A DNA stretch of 50,754 nt from Vermamoeba vermiformis (Eukaryota): the NCBI GenBank assembly GCA_045837725.1, contig JBEWZL010000082.1, forward strand, positions 1 to 50,754. The letters are read 5' to 3'. The stretch's first letter is position 1; every line of letters starts with the position of its first letter. Positions 9,890 through 22,578 of this stretch are shown piece by piece. Made by a program: the position numbers and the translations under genes. The notes under the pieces were generated by a model. That model was not told where the DNA came from. It was given only the letters and a program-made list of their open reading frames with translations, and ran no database searches.

Positions 9890-11071
9890 ATGGATGAGAA
9901 AATTGAGCAAACGGAGGTGGAAGATACCGTTGAATATGAGATCGGCTCCTATTACGGAATGAACGAGGGCACGATCGATTTTTTGGATTTGCCCATTGAC
10001 GTAGTATATATTTTGTTCGACCGATTTGATAAAATTGATTTAATGGCGTAAGTTACAAGCATAATAGAATTTAAATACTAAAAATTTTAGCCGTTTGATT
10101 AAATCGTTCATAGAGTGCGAACGGTTTGCCGCGGATGGAACGCCACGTACTGGACCATCTTTACGTCATTCAACTGGCGCATGTTTCCTAAAGAAAAATT
10201 CGACGGTCAAATGCTCTATTCACTCGCTAAACGGCTTGGTAGCTTGAAGCGAGTGGATCTGTCCAACTGCGAACTAATCCCGACAGCCACTATTATCGAC
10301 GCATTGTCCGCAGTGCCAGGTCTCACGGACCTCAATTTGTCAGGCACTCAAGTCAACAGCCCTGAAATGGTCCGTGTGTTGGATCAACTGCCGCGCATCC
10401 GTCGACTGAATCTGTCGTACACTGCGATCAATGACCGCGTTGTGTCCAAGATTTGCAACTTATATGGCTCAACCTTGCGCGAGCTTCGCATTGACAGCTG
10501 TCAAGTGCTGCTCGACAACTCGTCTCTGTCGCAGTTGAAGAAACTCGAGATCTTGTCATTGAGACAGTGCCGCAAAATTAAACCAGAAGCACTGGAGAAC
10601 ATTAAAAATATGACTAAATTGCAAGAGCTGCGATTAGTGAACAATTCCAATATCAGTTCACAGCTGTTGAGCCAACTTCTTGCCTCGTTGCAACAGCTCC
10701 AGATCTTGGAACTCGGATTTTACGACTTAACGCTCCAACTTCTCGACGCAATATTGGACCGAAGACCACTCGATTCATTCACTTTTCATCAGTTGTATAA
10801 AGTAGATAACGACACGATCCTGCGCATTCTCGAGAAGATTAAGAACTACACGCACAAAGGCAGGTTTTTTCTTAGCTCTAAGGGTAAAACAAAGTAACTT
10901 ACGGTGATTTAACTAGGGATGACTATGGATCCAAACGCCATTCAACAACTGGTGCAAAATCTTCCTCCCAATCTGCAATACGTTCATTTTGAAGGCACGG
11001 ACGGCTATCGTGAACTGTCCTTTACAATTAGCCCTGGCACAGAAAACGAATACCGCTGCCAGTGGCATTAA
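9890..11071 (+). CDS. F-box/LRR-repeat protein
   Basis: F-box LDLPIDVVYILFDRFDKIDLMA...VCRGW followed by LxxLxLSxC/T repeats; last exon boundary uncertain. Confidence 0.85.
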
Positions 11072-11274
11072 ATCACAGAAACGCTCGTCTGAATTCAAAC
11101 GGCCTTAAAAGATTAAGATGCCGTTCTGGAAGCTAATATGCAACCTGTTCGACGACTATGGAATTCCAATCGAAGATAAATATTTTTTTATGTAGTACTA
11201 CAACTGCACCTTAAGTGATCCTTATGTGCCAATAATTAACATAAATAGTTCCGAATCCGTACCAAAAACATTGC

Positions 11275-13667
11275 TTATTCAGAGGTGAATACGAACTTCA
11301 AGTAGATCTCTCCTTGAGCCTTATTGCCGTCCTTCTTATCCTTCAATGCAAAAGGCATGATGACCTCGCCCTTCTCGACGACCAAAGTGAGGATCTCGCT
11401 CAAAGTCCAGTGGATCTGACCCAAAAAGTCATCGGTGATCTTGTCCTTGTCCCACACTTCGACTTTAACCACTTTATCAGGATTGTAGCTACTTTTCGTG
11501 ACGACTAACAGTTCTTCCCAGACAGGGTTCAAGTTCTTTTTGATCACTTTGCTCTTGGCTTTGCAGTACTGCTTGTCCATAGCGCTGTCGCATAGTGACA
11601 ATACTACGTAAGGGTCTGAAAATCCGTTGCTATCTGCTGCTGCTAGATTGGTGGCTTTTTCTACAAAGACGCGAACGCCGTTCTTTTTCAATGCATTCAG
11701 AAACGGTTTACGAAGGGCGCGGTACTTCTCTTGCTCTAAAATAAATCGCATCTTAATGGCATTTCCAAATATGGCACGTGAGGATCGATCCTACCCATTT
11801 CTTTGCCGGTCTTGAAGTCCCAACCAACCACCGAGTACTTCAACGGATTCAATTTCCAATCAAACCAGCAGCTTAAAGTAGTCTCTGTAGCGCCAGCAGA
11901 GAGCGAGACTTGAGCACGACAAATGTCTTCTGCGTTCTTATCGCCGACTTGGATGTCGAACTTGATTTGGTCGGGAGACGATGAGCGGAACTGCTCGCTC
12001 AATTGTTTATGAGCTGAGTTAAGCTCGGAAGTCAAACTCGAGTCAACAAGATCCCTAATTCAACGTTAAGTACTGAGCTATTTAAAGTTCATGCTTTGTT
12101 TTTTGGCGTACTTAGCATCCTGGAGTTTGCTTGTTTGAAGAAGACCGAGCAAACATTTCTTCGTTTTGGCAACGAGTGCTTCTTTCACAACGGCGGGGTC
12201 TACTTCAATGATATGCGTTGCGGAATCAGGCTTGACATTGAACTGAACCAAGATGCCAGAGATCCACCTGAACTCGTACAACATATTGAACTTCTCGTAA
12301 GCCAAACGACCGTCGACTTCCACTGACTTCATGTTGTTGGCCATGATCTCTAGAGTTTCAGTTGCTTTTTTCAAAGATTCCTCGATAGTTTCTGCGTACG
12401 TTGTTAGCAGCTAATCTTGTTTGACACGTGTCATTTTTTTCGTACCAGTCATAGACCCGCCGTTCGAAAAAAATCGCTTGAATTGCATTTGAAGGACAGT
12501 AGGGTCTATTATATCCTTTAAACTGCTGTGCATAGTTGCGACAAACTTGTCCGTTTCGAAATGCACAACTTGTTCGAGTGCCTCGGAGGCCATCTTCAGA
12601 CCTATGTCACACCATTAGATATGATCTTGTCACTATAAAGCGATCATTTTTTACCATCACCCCACTGGGTATCTTTTTTGACCGACAAGATAGTAGAGCA
12701 GAAATCAAAGCCAATGATTTCGCCTGTCAACAAGAGGTCAGATCTGAAACAATTCCATTTTTGGCTGCTACCTTTCATCGGGGATGGGAACACCCAAGTA
12801 ATCGTTCCTCGACCAGTTGCAAATTCACGTTCGATTTTGAAGTTCATCACCAATCGGGAGATTCCCTCCTCTACCGAAGAAAATTATGATCTGTTGGGTG
12901 TACTATACTTGCCACTTACTTTCAGATGTTGATGCCACTTCGGGGATATTATCTGGGGTTACGGAAATGAATTTTCCGAGTTCTGATCGGTTGAGCTCTT
13001 CGTTGATCATTTGCTGTAGATCTTGCAAAGCCGATCAGATCTTCCGCAACGTCGCGCAAATCAATAGACTTACCATCCTCGCCTACTTTGCTACGAAGAC
13101 CAACATGGAAGTGAGGAAAAACTCCAGAGGGGTTACCAGAGTAAAAGGCTTGAATTACCGCTTGAGATCTCTCGACATAACTTGCCGTCTCGATTTCCTT
13201 AACAAATGCGGTAGGAGTTTTGGCAGAGTATAAGAAAAATGCCATAATCACGTCGTCAGGACCGAAAGTAACAGAGAATTCGAGAGTTCCATTAGCGAAT
13301 TCAAGTTCTCCAGATCTGATTGGATTAATTAGCAATCAATCATTAATTTATATTAGTACATAGAACAATTATTACAATGACCAAACAAAAAGTTTTGATC
13401 ACCCCAATTGAATTTCGATACGCATCTAACTTACTGAGATTTCGTTTTGCCTTGTACGACGTACGAACCAGCTGGCTTATCTGATAGTCTCTTTAGTCTT
13501 ACAAAAGGACCAAGCGCTTTGTTGATCGCACGGACAAAGTGGATCAACAGGGGCAGTTCGAACTTGGTTTTGAGCTCCGGATGGAAGATTTGGTAGACAG
13601 AGGGCACGTCGTTTTTTTGTAACGGCAATAAGAACTTGTTCTTAGCGGTCTCGGAGATATTGCCCAT
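11275..13667 (-). CDS. C2-domain protein, paralog A (N-terminal MG, repeated alpha/beta units, C-terminal C2)
   Basis: MGNISETA start; C2 motifs AADSNGFSDPYV, NLNPVWEE, VEVWDKD, DDFLG; GT-AG introns. Confidence 0.88.
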
Positions 13668-14001
13668 TGCTTAGGATCTGATCCGATTACGACAAACGTT
13701 GAGTGGTTGAAGCCGAAGATATTTGAGTTAATGGTGGCAGCTCGAATTCCAAATTTATAGCTGGCATGTCACATCTGTGTCAATTAAAACACGCGACCCG
13801 GCCTGATTGAATTTGTGTCACAGATTGCGTAATTTTGAAAGTGGAATTCATAAGCACTGCAAAAGGCAACAGTGTACCGATAGTGTATAGCAAAAGAATG
13901 CCTATTCGTAGTATTTTGTGATCTAAAGGATTTAATTCATAATATAACACGCTCGAATAATTTAAAAATAAATAGTTCCGAATCCGTACCAAAAAAATTT
14001 C

Positions 14002-16461
14002 TTACTCGGAGTTGAATACGAACTTCAAGTAGACCTCTCCTTGAGCCTTATTGCCGTCCTTCTTATCCTTCAATGCAAAAGGCATGATGACCTCGCCCTT
14101 CTCGACAACCAAGGTGAGGATCTCGCTCAAGGTCCAGTGGATCTGACCCAAAAAGTCGTCAATGATCTTGTCCTTGTCCCACACTTCAACCTTGATAATA
14201 TCTGAAGCAAGGAACACGGCGCCTTTGACATTGACACCAGCATTAAGTGTCAACATTTCGTTCCATACAGGGTTCAAGTTCCTAATTACGGATAATTAAT
14301 TACTGCTGCCTGCATAAAAAATTAATGTCGCCGGCACTTACTTCTTAATGATCTTGCTCTTCGCTTTAGCAGATCGCTTGTCAGTCTGTGAGTGAAGCGA
14401 CAAGACGACATAAGGATCAGAGAAGCCGTTGCTGTCTGCGGCTTCGAGGTTGACTGCCTTCTCGAAGAACACTCTCAAGCCGTGCTTTTGCAACGCTTCC
14501 CACAAAGGAGCTCTGATTTCGTTGTACTTCTGCCACTCTGCAAACACACCAGTTAGCCTCGCTGTAGTAAATAAGGCTTGTCTTACCAATCATAGCATCG
14601 CTCATTATATCCCAGTTAGTGATGTAACCGCCTTGGAGAGGGTCCAATTGCCAATCAATCCAGCCCGAGAAACTGTCTTTGCCCAGGGCGAACTTGACGG
14701 GAACTTTCCAAACGGGGTCGTTGCTTGTCGTAACGTGAATATTGAAGGTGACTTCTTCGAGGTTCTTGGGCTTGATCTTTTCACGGATGTGCACTTGAGT
14801 CTTGTCCAAGTGTTGAATTTGTTGCTGCAAGACTGCGGGGCTGATCAATGCTCTAACAGCCAATAGATTAAGATCGGATAATTAATGATAACGCATCACA
14901 AGGCACGTACCTTGCTTCAGCAATCTTGCTCATCTCGATGATCTTGACAATGAAGAGCTTGGACTTGTTTTCAATGATCTTAGCCACAGACTCGAGGTCT
15001 TCCTTGATATGAGCAGTAGAGTCAGGGGACACGTTGAACTCGTAGATTTTGCCACTGAGCCAAGAGAATTTGTACTGCAACTTGAACTGCTCGTACGCCA
15101 AGGTACCAGTGACACTGACCATTTTGAAGCCGTTTGGTGCGTTTTCAAATGTCTCAGAGGCCTTGGCTAAGGACTCATCGACGGATTCTAGTTACCATTG
15201 ATAGTTAATATCGGCTCAAATCGATCGATCGGATGGATCTTACCGGTAGGATTGCCAGGGAAGTTACGAGTAAACAAGTGCGACAGAACGTTCGGATCAG
15301 TCTTGTCTCGCAGACTCTTCATCGTAAGATCGACGAATTTGACGGTATTCTTATCAACGACGGCTTGAAGTGCATCCTTGGACAACTTTTTACCTGAATC
15401 CGATCGGATTAGCGCTCGATCTAACGTAGAAGACGTGAGCTATTCGCTTACCTTCACCTTCCTTAGGCTCGTGCTTCATTGAGATAACATTTTTACCAAA
15501 TTCGAAGGCGATGATAGTGCCTAAATAAGTTATGTTGTCAGCAAATTTTTCCGTTATCTCAGTGCCTTGATTTTACTTACCAACCATAGATTGGAAGACC
15601 CACTTAACGGTACCGCTCATAACGGCGTTTTCACGTTCAACACGGAACTGAAGAATCAATTTGGATTCGTGATCAGCTAAAAATAAATAATTATAAAACC
15701 GTTTTCTTTAAATTTAAAACTTACATTCGTCGTACTGGGTGTCTTGGATCGCAGGAATGTTATCAGGTGCAGTCGAAATAAATCCTCCGAGCTCGTCGCG
15801 GTGCAGTTCATGGGCAATCATCGCTTTCAAAGCTGGATCGAATTTAGCAACGTAAGATATCTTATCTTTAGAAAATAAAATCATCACTTACTTGCAGTAG
15901 GCGCAATACGACGTAAGTTAGGATGGAGCTCTGCAGACACGGTTGCGTGGTCATCATGGTAAAAGGCGTCGATCACGCGCAAAGAACGCTCCACATAAGT
16001 TGCTGTCTCAATTCGCTTGAGCCAAACTTGATCGAGGTTGGGAGAAAAGAGTCTAAATGCAGTAATTTGCTCGTCCGCTCCAAAGGTTACTGAATATTCT
16101 AAAGTTCCTTTTTCGAAGATGAGCTTTCCTCCTCTATAAATTTAATTAATTACGAGCGTTCAAATTATGAAACTAATATGCTAATACACATATAAGTATA
16201 ATATCAATTTTAAGGAATAACTTACTGAGTTTTGCTTTTGCCCTTATCAGATGACCAGCCAACAGCTTTCTCAATGTTCATCGGATCCGCTTTAACGAAT
16301 GCTCCGAGGCTTTCGTTCAATGCGTGCACAAACTGGGCAAGCACTGGAAGCTCAAATCGAGCTTTGAGATCCGGATGGAAGTTGTTGTAGAAAGTGACAA
16401 CATCGTTACGTTGCAAAGGCTCCAAAAACTTGTTCTTAGTGGCTTCTCCTACGTTGCCCAT
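14002..16461 (-). CDS. C2-domain protein, paralog B
   Basis: MGNVGEAT start; colinear with paralog A; same C2 motifs. Confidence 0.88.
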
Positions 16462-16933
16462 GCTTTTGTCTGTTTGGTGTTGTCGATTATTGTCTAACTG
16501 ACAATGAACAACAATTGCTATTTAAAGTCGTTATCTCCACGTGCCAGATTTTCGTTCCCATCAACTTGAAAATCGAAAACGGCAAGATAGAATTGCAAAA
16601 ACGAAGCGAATTCTTGACACGTCACCGATCGTTCGTTGATTTTTGGAGTGCGCAAAGTGGAATTCTAGATCTGTTCGTTTCTAACAGGAGGAAGCGGATC
16701 TGCTATCAATCAAAATTTATTGGTATTATACATGTAACAACAGATTAAGACAATAGAACATCGTGCTAATCGCGTGAGTATCCGAACACGCTACAAACGT
16801 TAACGGATAACGAATATCATTATTGAATAATTTTCGATTAGCACGTCTATCAATATTTAAAACAAGATTTCGCAAATATAACCAGTGATAAAAATGTACA
16901 AGGTGGAGAAAAATTGGAAGGATCTACGTTGGC

Positions 16934-19900
16934 TTACGACTGAGGGCCTAAAGCCTGGATTTCAGACTGTTGCGGATGATCCATGGAGTGACCGTTGGGC
17001 AGATCAGATTGCGTAGTTTCAACAACGTAAGTAGTCGTAGTAGATTGTTGATGGGATCTATCCGTCAGCGAGTTTCTATCCGTTGTCACACGCGGCGAAA
17101 CAAGGCCACTGGCGCCAATATCGTTCAAGTACGAGAGCCTGTCGCTCGGGAAGAACGGCGTCACGAGATTCTTCATGACTTGGTTCTTGAGAGGGGTCTC
17201 AATAGGAACCAAAGGAGCTTTAGAATCGGGTGTTGGGTTGGTCATAACAGCGCTCGTATTGTTGGTGCTCATCGGGGTTGTGCTGTTGACTGGAGTCACG
17301 GGAGCGGAGGCAGAGACTTGAGGAGACTGCACGGACAACTGAGGAACACCAGTAGGCTGCACAACTGATATATTGGGCATTGTTTGCACGACTTGAGGGT
17401 TGGGAGGAGCAGTCACGACAGGCTGAGGCACGAAGTGTGACGGCATGCTGACGTGGGGTTGCATCGAGACACCAGCAGCCAACAGCTGTTGTTGTTGAAG
17501 CAATTGTTGTTGCTGCAATTGTTGGAGTTGTTGCAATTGAGGGTTCTGCTGTTGCAACTGAAGTTGAGCCAGCTGTTGTTGCAATTGCGCAACTTGCAAG
17601 GGCTGTTGCATCATCATCGGTTGTTGCTGAGGAACACCGAGTTGAAGCAACTGAGGATAGAGCTGCAACAAGGTTTGCAACGGGATCGTCGTGCCGTTGG
17701 GCAGAGTAACTTGCTGTTGCAATTGTAATTGAGGTGCCAAGAACAAAGCATTGAGCAAGTTCTGATCGAGCTGCACTTGAGGTTGCGGCTGCTGAACGAC
17801 TTGTTGACCGGTGTACTGTTGTGCTTGATTGGGGTCCACAACTTGCTGAGGCACTTGTACAGGTTGTTGCACTTGCACGGGTTGCTGAGTTACTTGCTGT
17901 GTGTACTGTTGCGTGGCAAACTGTTGGGCCTGGTTCGGATCAACAACTTGTTGGGGCACTTGTACAGGTTGTTGCACTTGCACAGGCTGTTGAGTCGGTT
18001 GTTGAACATAAGTCTGACTGTTGGATTGCATCATTCCACCAGGAGTCATGAGCATTCCTGGTTGAATCACTGCAGACGACCGCCGAGAACCTTCGCCTGC
18101 TGAATGGTAAGGAAGTCCCATCAGCTGTTGGGCCAATAGATTTTGATCGATAACGGGTTGTTGAGGTATTGTCATAGGTGTCTGTACAGGTAGAGGTTGG
18201 TTGATAATGGGTTGTTGGATCATGCCAGGCTGAATGACGGGCTGTGCAATTGGCTGCGCAATAACAGGCATAGACTGGATGGAAAGCTGTCCGCCAGCCG
18301 GGTTCGAGCCACGAAGCTCGGGTGTGTTAAGGCCAGATCCAGGTACTGAAGTTGGCAAAACAGGCATCGAAGTCGGTTGTCCCATAACCATAGGCTGTTG
18401 AGGAATGTTGACTTGAGGTTGCAAAACCATGCCTGCTTGCGTGGCTTGAACGGGCATCGAGGTAGGTGCCATTCCTTGATTAGAATTCATGTACGTGTGG
18501 AACGCGGATCTTGAAGTATCAGGAGATCCGACGTGACTGCCACCGTTACCAGTGCCTTGGCCAGAAAACGACGTGGAAGGAAGCATCATCGGCGGGGAGT
18601 TAGGCAAGTTCATGCCGTTCAAGGCTTCGTACATCTCAGGTGAAGTGAAGAGGCCTTCAAACCTGCGATCACCTTCCAGCATGACTGACCTGCGCTGTTT
18701 CTTGCGTTCTAGCTCTTGAAGTTCGTAGTTTTGTCGCTCTAATAATGCTTGGATTTGACCTTCTAAAACCTTTCGCTCGCTGTCGTGCTTTGATTTCAAT
18801 TCTTCTGCGATTTGGCCACTGACTTCGAGAGGGGCGATAGAACCAACTACTTGGACGGACATGCGCTTGAGAGCCTTATCGTCAATGTGAGTCATGCGAG
18901 GTGTAAGAACCTGAGCAAGGCCAGCACTCAAATGCTTTTCACGCGTCGTGAGCTCGTGTTCCGGTGAGGCGGCTGTGCCAGATTCAGCGCTGCCAGTAGG
19001 CTCTTCGGGTACAGCAGGGTTGCGAGCAGCGCTATCCAGAGCGATGTTTGGCCTTGAGGGCGAGGCTGTAATATGGAAATCTGTCTTGGAAGTCTTGCGG
19101 AAATGACGCTTGATTGTGCCTTCGCCAAGTGCACGCTTGACGCTCGCTTGTTTGCGAACCCACTCATCAACACGGTTCTGAATGTAGCTAGATACCTTGT
19201 TAGTGTGTTGTTCTGGCAGACCGAGCTCGTGGATCAATTCGATAGCGACTCCAGTAGCAGTATCAGTGAGCAAGTGGAACTCGAATTCGATATCAATAGT
19301 CTTCTCGGGTGTTGTTAATCTGAGCTTCATGGGAATAGTGAACATCGCTTCTTGCTTCTTGTCGTCGTCTCCCATGTCGGAAGCGGCGTCGTCAATGTTG
19401 TTTCTGACTTCGGTCTTGAACCGAGGAATGACAGGTTGAGAAGTCTGTCTGCGTAAGTTAGCTTGACGCTTCTTGGCCAAGCTGTCTTCAGACTCGGGCT
19501 GAAGTGTGTCCAACGAGAGGTCATCGTCAGAGTCCTCTAAGTATGTATCCAAAAGCCGTGATGGAGGCCCACTAGTGGACAGAACTGCTGTAGCAGGATT
19601 CAAGCTTGGCAGATTAGGATTCTGACTTCGGCTAATGAAGCGCGTGCGTTTGGTTTCCTTCTTTTCAGAGGTGCCAGAGCCAACACTTTGATTGCTTGTC
19701 TTTCTTGACGGAATATCGTCGAACTCATCATCGTAGGCTGTGATTGGCACGGGACTCTCGCCTCTGCTACCAGTCCTGCTGACTGTTCGGCTACGCGACG
19801 CTCTGATATCCAAATCCGCAGAGCTGTTGAAGTCATCGTCTGATGTCAAATCGTTGTCACTGTATTCAGAATCAATTCCAGAAGACGAGTTGTTTCCTCG

Positions 19901-21639
19901 AAGAGGCGGTGACATTGGCTTAGTCATAGACACAGGGCGCGAGGAACCCGAGGACCCTGATTGCTTTGGTGTGACCAAGAAGTTGGCTGAAGTTTTGTCG
20001 TCATCCGATGAAGGGCTCATTGGAGCTATGTCGGTAGCTGTAATTGTAGGATCAAAGGTCATAACTGCAGGATCTTGTTGAGCAAGCCAGGCGTCAATCT
20101 CTTCGTCAGATCGCATGTCCAACAATCTGTCATTCTTGTCGTCATCACTGCAGGTCAGGAACGGGTGTCGAAGCAATTGTGCGGCTGACTTTCTGTCACG
20201 AGGGTTTGTTAAACAGTCCAACAGGAACTGAAACACTTCAGGGTCTTTGATTCTAGCGAGTGCGCGAGGTCTTTGGCCCTATAAGAAGTACTTTAATACC
20301 TACGCTCGTGCTAGCACTTCGAAAAAATGAAATTTTCTTACCGAAGAAACTTTCTTGAAAATTGATGCTGGGTTCGAGCATTCGCTATAAGGATATTCTA
20401 GCGTGACCATCTCTAAGACTGCCATGCCAAAAGCCCAAATATCGACTTTTTCGTTGTATTTCTCTTCGTAGAACTCTGGAGCCATAAACTCGGGTGTACC
20501 AATGATACTGAGCGGGGCTTGAACTGTAGCAATGGTAGCTAAGCCCAAATCTCCGATTTTGACTTCGCCGAGCGTGCCATTAATGAAGATATTGTCGCAC
20601 TTAATATCACGATGAATAATGGGAGAGGGACGCGTGTGCAAATAATTGAGGCCTTCTAGAATTTGAATGCACCAATTTTTGATTACGCGCAGCTTCACTT
20701 TTGTCGCCTTTCGAATAAACCTACGCACGGAACATGATTAATATGATTGCAACACCGAATAATTCCACGCCAAGCTAAAAGTTGTATCGAAAATTCGCTT
20801 TGGTAAACTTTTGGTAAAAAAGTTCAGGTCTTGCAAAAAAAATTGCAATTCCCTATCGGGACCAATTTAATTTTAGTACTATAATTACAGAAATTTGAGA
20901 ATTATATTAAAGAATAAGAGTACTTACTGCCTTAAAGTGCCTGAGGTCATGCACTCTGTAATGAAATTTAATTGCAATTTTTCTTCGTCGACCCAAGAGT
21001 GGTAGAAAATGATAATATTAGGGTGATTGAGCGATTGTAGCAATTGGATCTCTTTGTAGAGCTTGTCAAGATCCACGGAACGTGATAACTTGATTTGATT
21101 CCATGCTACTTCGAGTCCTCGATCACGATCAATGGCTCGATAGACGATCTTCGAAGCGCCACGGCCAAGTTCATCATTTCCCTATTTAACGCATAGGTAT
21201 TAGTATAAAAGAATAATATAGAGAATAGTAAATGAAATTACAGTCAGAAATTACAAACAAAAATAATTTTTCATTAACGAGGCGCAATCATGCAATTATC
21301 TTGAAATTTGGCTTTGTATCGTGCAATATGCTATAATTGAGTAGTATATTATGATTTTATATCGAAGTCTTTAATAATTTAATGAATAGTCCTTCGATCG
21401 AAATTAGTGATCAAAAAAAACCGTTTGTGTAACGGGATTTGCTCTGAATATTTAAATTATATCCCTAATAAATTATATACGAACACATTTTGTCCAATTC
21501 GTGCATACTATCGATTGTACAAAGCCATTTCGATTGCTTCGTAGCAATCCAAGAATAAAAACGACTAGCTTACCCTAACATAACGACCAGTAGGGTCTGT
21601 TTCAACAACTTGGTCTTGTCCAGAATCTGACTGGGACAT
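16934..21639 (-). CDS. WNK: WNK-family Ser/Thr kinase with long disordered Q/P-rich tail
   Basis: [18 protein letters not shown] (Lys in subdomain I), [37 protein letters not shown]-like motif [23 protein letters not shown]. Confidence 0.95.
17816..17995 (-). repeat. Internal tandem duplication in WNK (105-bp period)
   Basis: [25 protein letters not shown] encoded twice with synonymous differences. Confidence 0.9.
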
Positions 21640-22578
21640 TGAATAATTTTATGAGTTATTTGGGCCTAATTGAGTTGCATCCAAGAAAAAAATATAACGA
21701 GATTCAAAAATACAGGATGAGTACGTTTCAACTGCTTCGTTTACGACCAATATAAGAGCTCGAGCTGAAATAAATAAATGGCTCTTGGTCTGTAGCAAAA
21801 GATACTCGTTTGTGGGTGACTATCGTAAATAGAAAAATAAATAGCAATACTAATTGCGGGAACTTTGTTGAACGCTCCAACGGTAGAAATAAGACCATAA
21901 TTAGTGACTACCACCTTGCCACAACGCTGGGATGTGATAGACTTTCTCACCTTTTGTTTGGTTGCAATTCAAGACGAATTTCCTAACTCAGATTTAAATC
22001 TAAATCTGGACATTATGACGATTCTTTCGCATGTTCCGGCCATAAATCAAGTATATGTCTATTTTTAGCGAGCTTAAAGGCAACTGGGAAGCTAAAAAGG
22101 AATGCACGGTGGATGTTGCACGATGTAATTTTTAAACTCGATAGAAAATTTAATTTAGCTAAATTAGGCATACAAATGTTATACATACACTGCCTACTAA
22201 TTATTTTCAGGTGTAAAATTAATAAAGTAGTGAAGCCTAATAATAACTTTGGTTGGTCGGATTTAAATCAAGGCAACGGGCAAAACTACTTTGCTGAGCT
22301 ACGAACCACGTATTTATCTCGTGTAGCAACACTACATACCGTTTGCCCAAATATTTGTCGCAAATCCGTTGAACGTTGCAGTCACTTGGACGGTCCTGCT
22401 CCAGCTTCCTGTGCAGGATAGCCCCGATCAACATTACCCTCAGGTGCAACGCCTTGATGAAGTTATGCTCGTTCGCAAGAGCAAGCCCTCTCGTGTGTAC
22501 ACTCGTTAGCGCGGTGCGTTTTTTTGGGTTCGATCTCGCGGTCGTTTCATTTTGTCAATCGTTTGATTATCAGCAAAC

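Noticed and set aside
10860-10916. GC-AG intron in the F-box/LRR gene
   Set aside because: A downstream GT donor in the same phase gives an equally open frame; undecidable without RNA data
16970-20081. Many antisense and alternate-frame ORFs over WNK (similarly over gag/pol, CCT2 and the surface genes)
   Set aside because: Shadows of real coding sequence; no motifs
22392-22420. SRP RNA helix 8 (minus strand CAGGAAGCTGGAGCAGG)
   Set aside because: Spacing of CAGG, tetraloop and AGCA does not fit, and no Alu domain is visible
22527-22535. GGTTCGATC as a tRNA T-loop/B-box
   Set aside because: No T-stem, acceptor stem or anticodon arm
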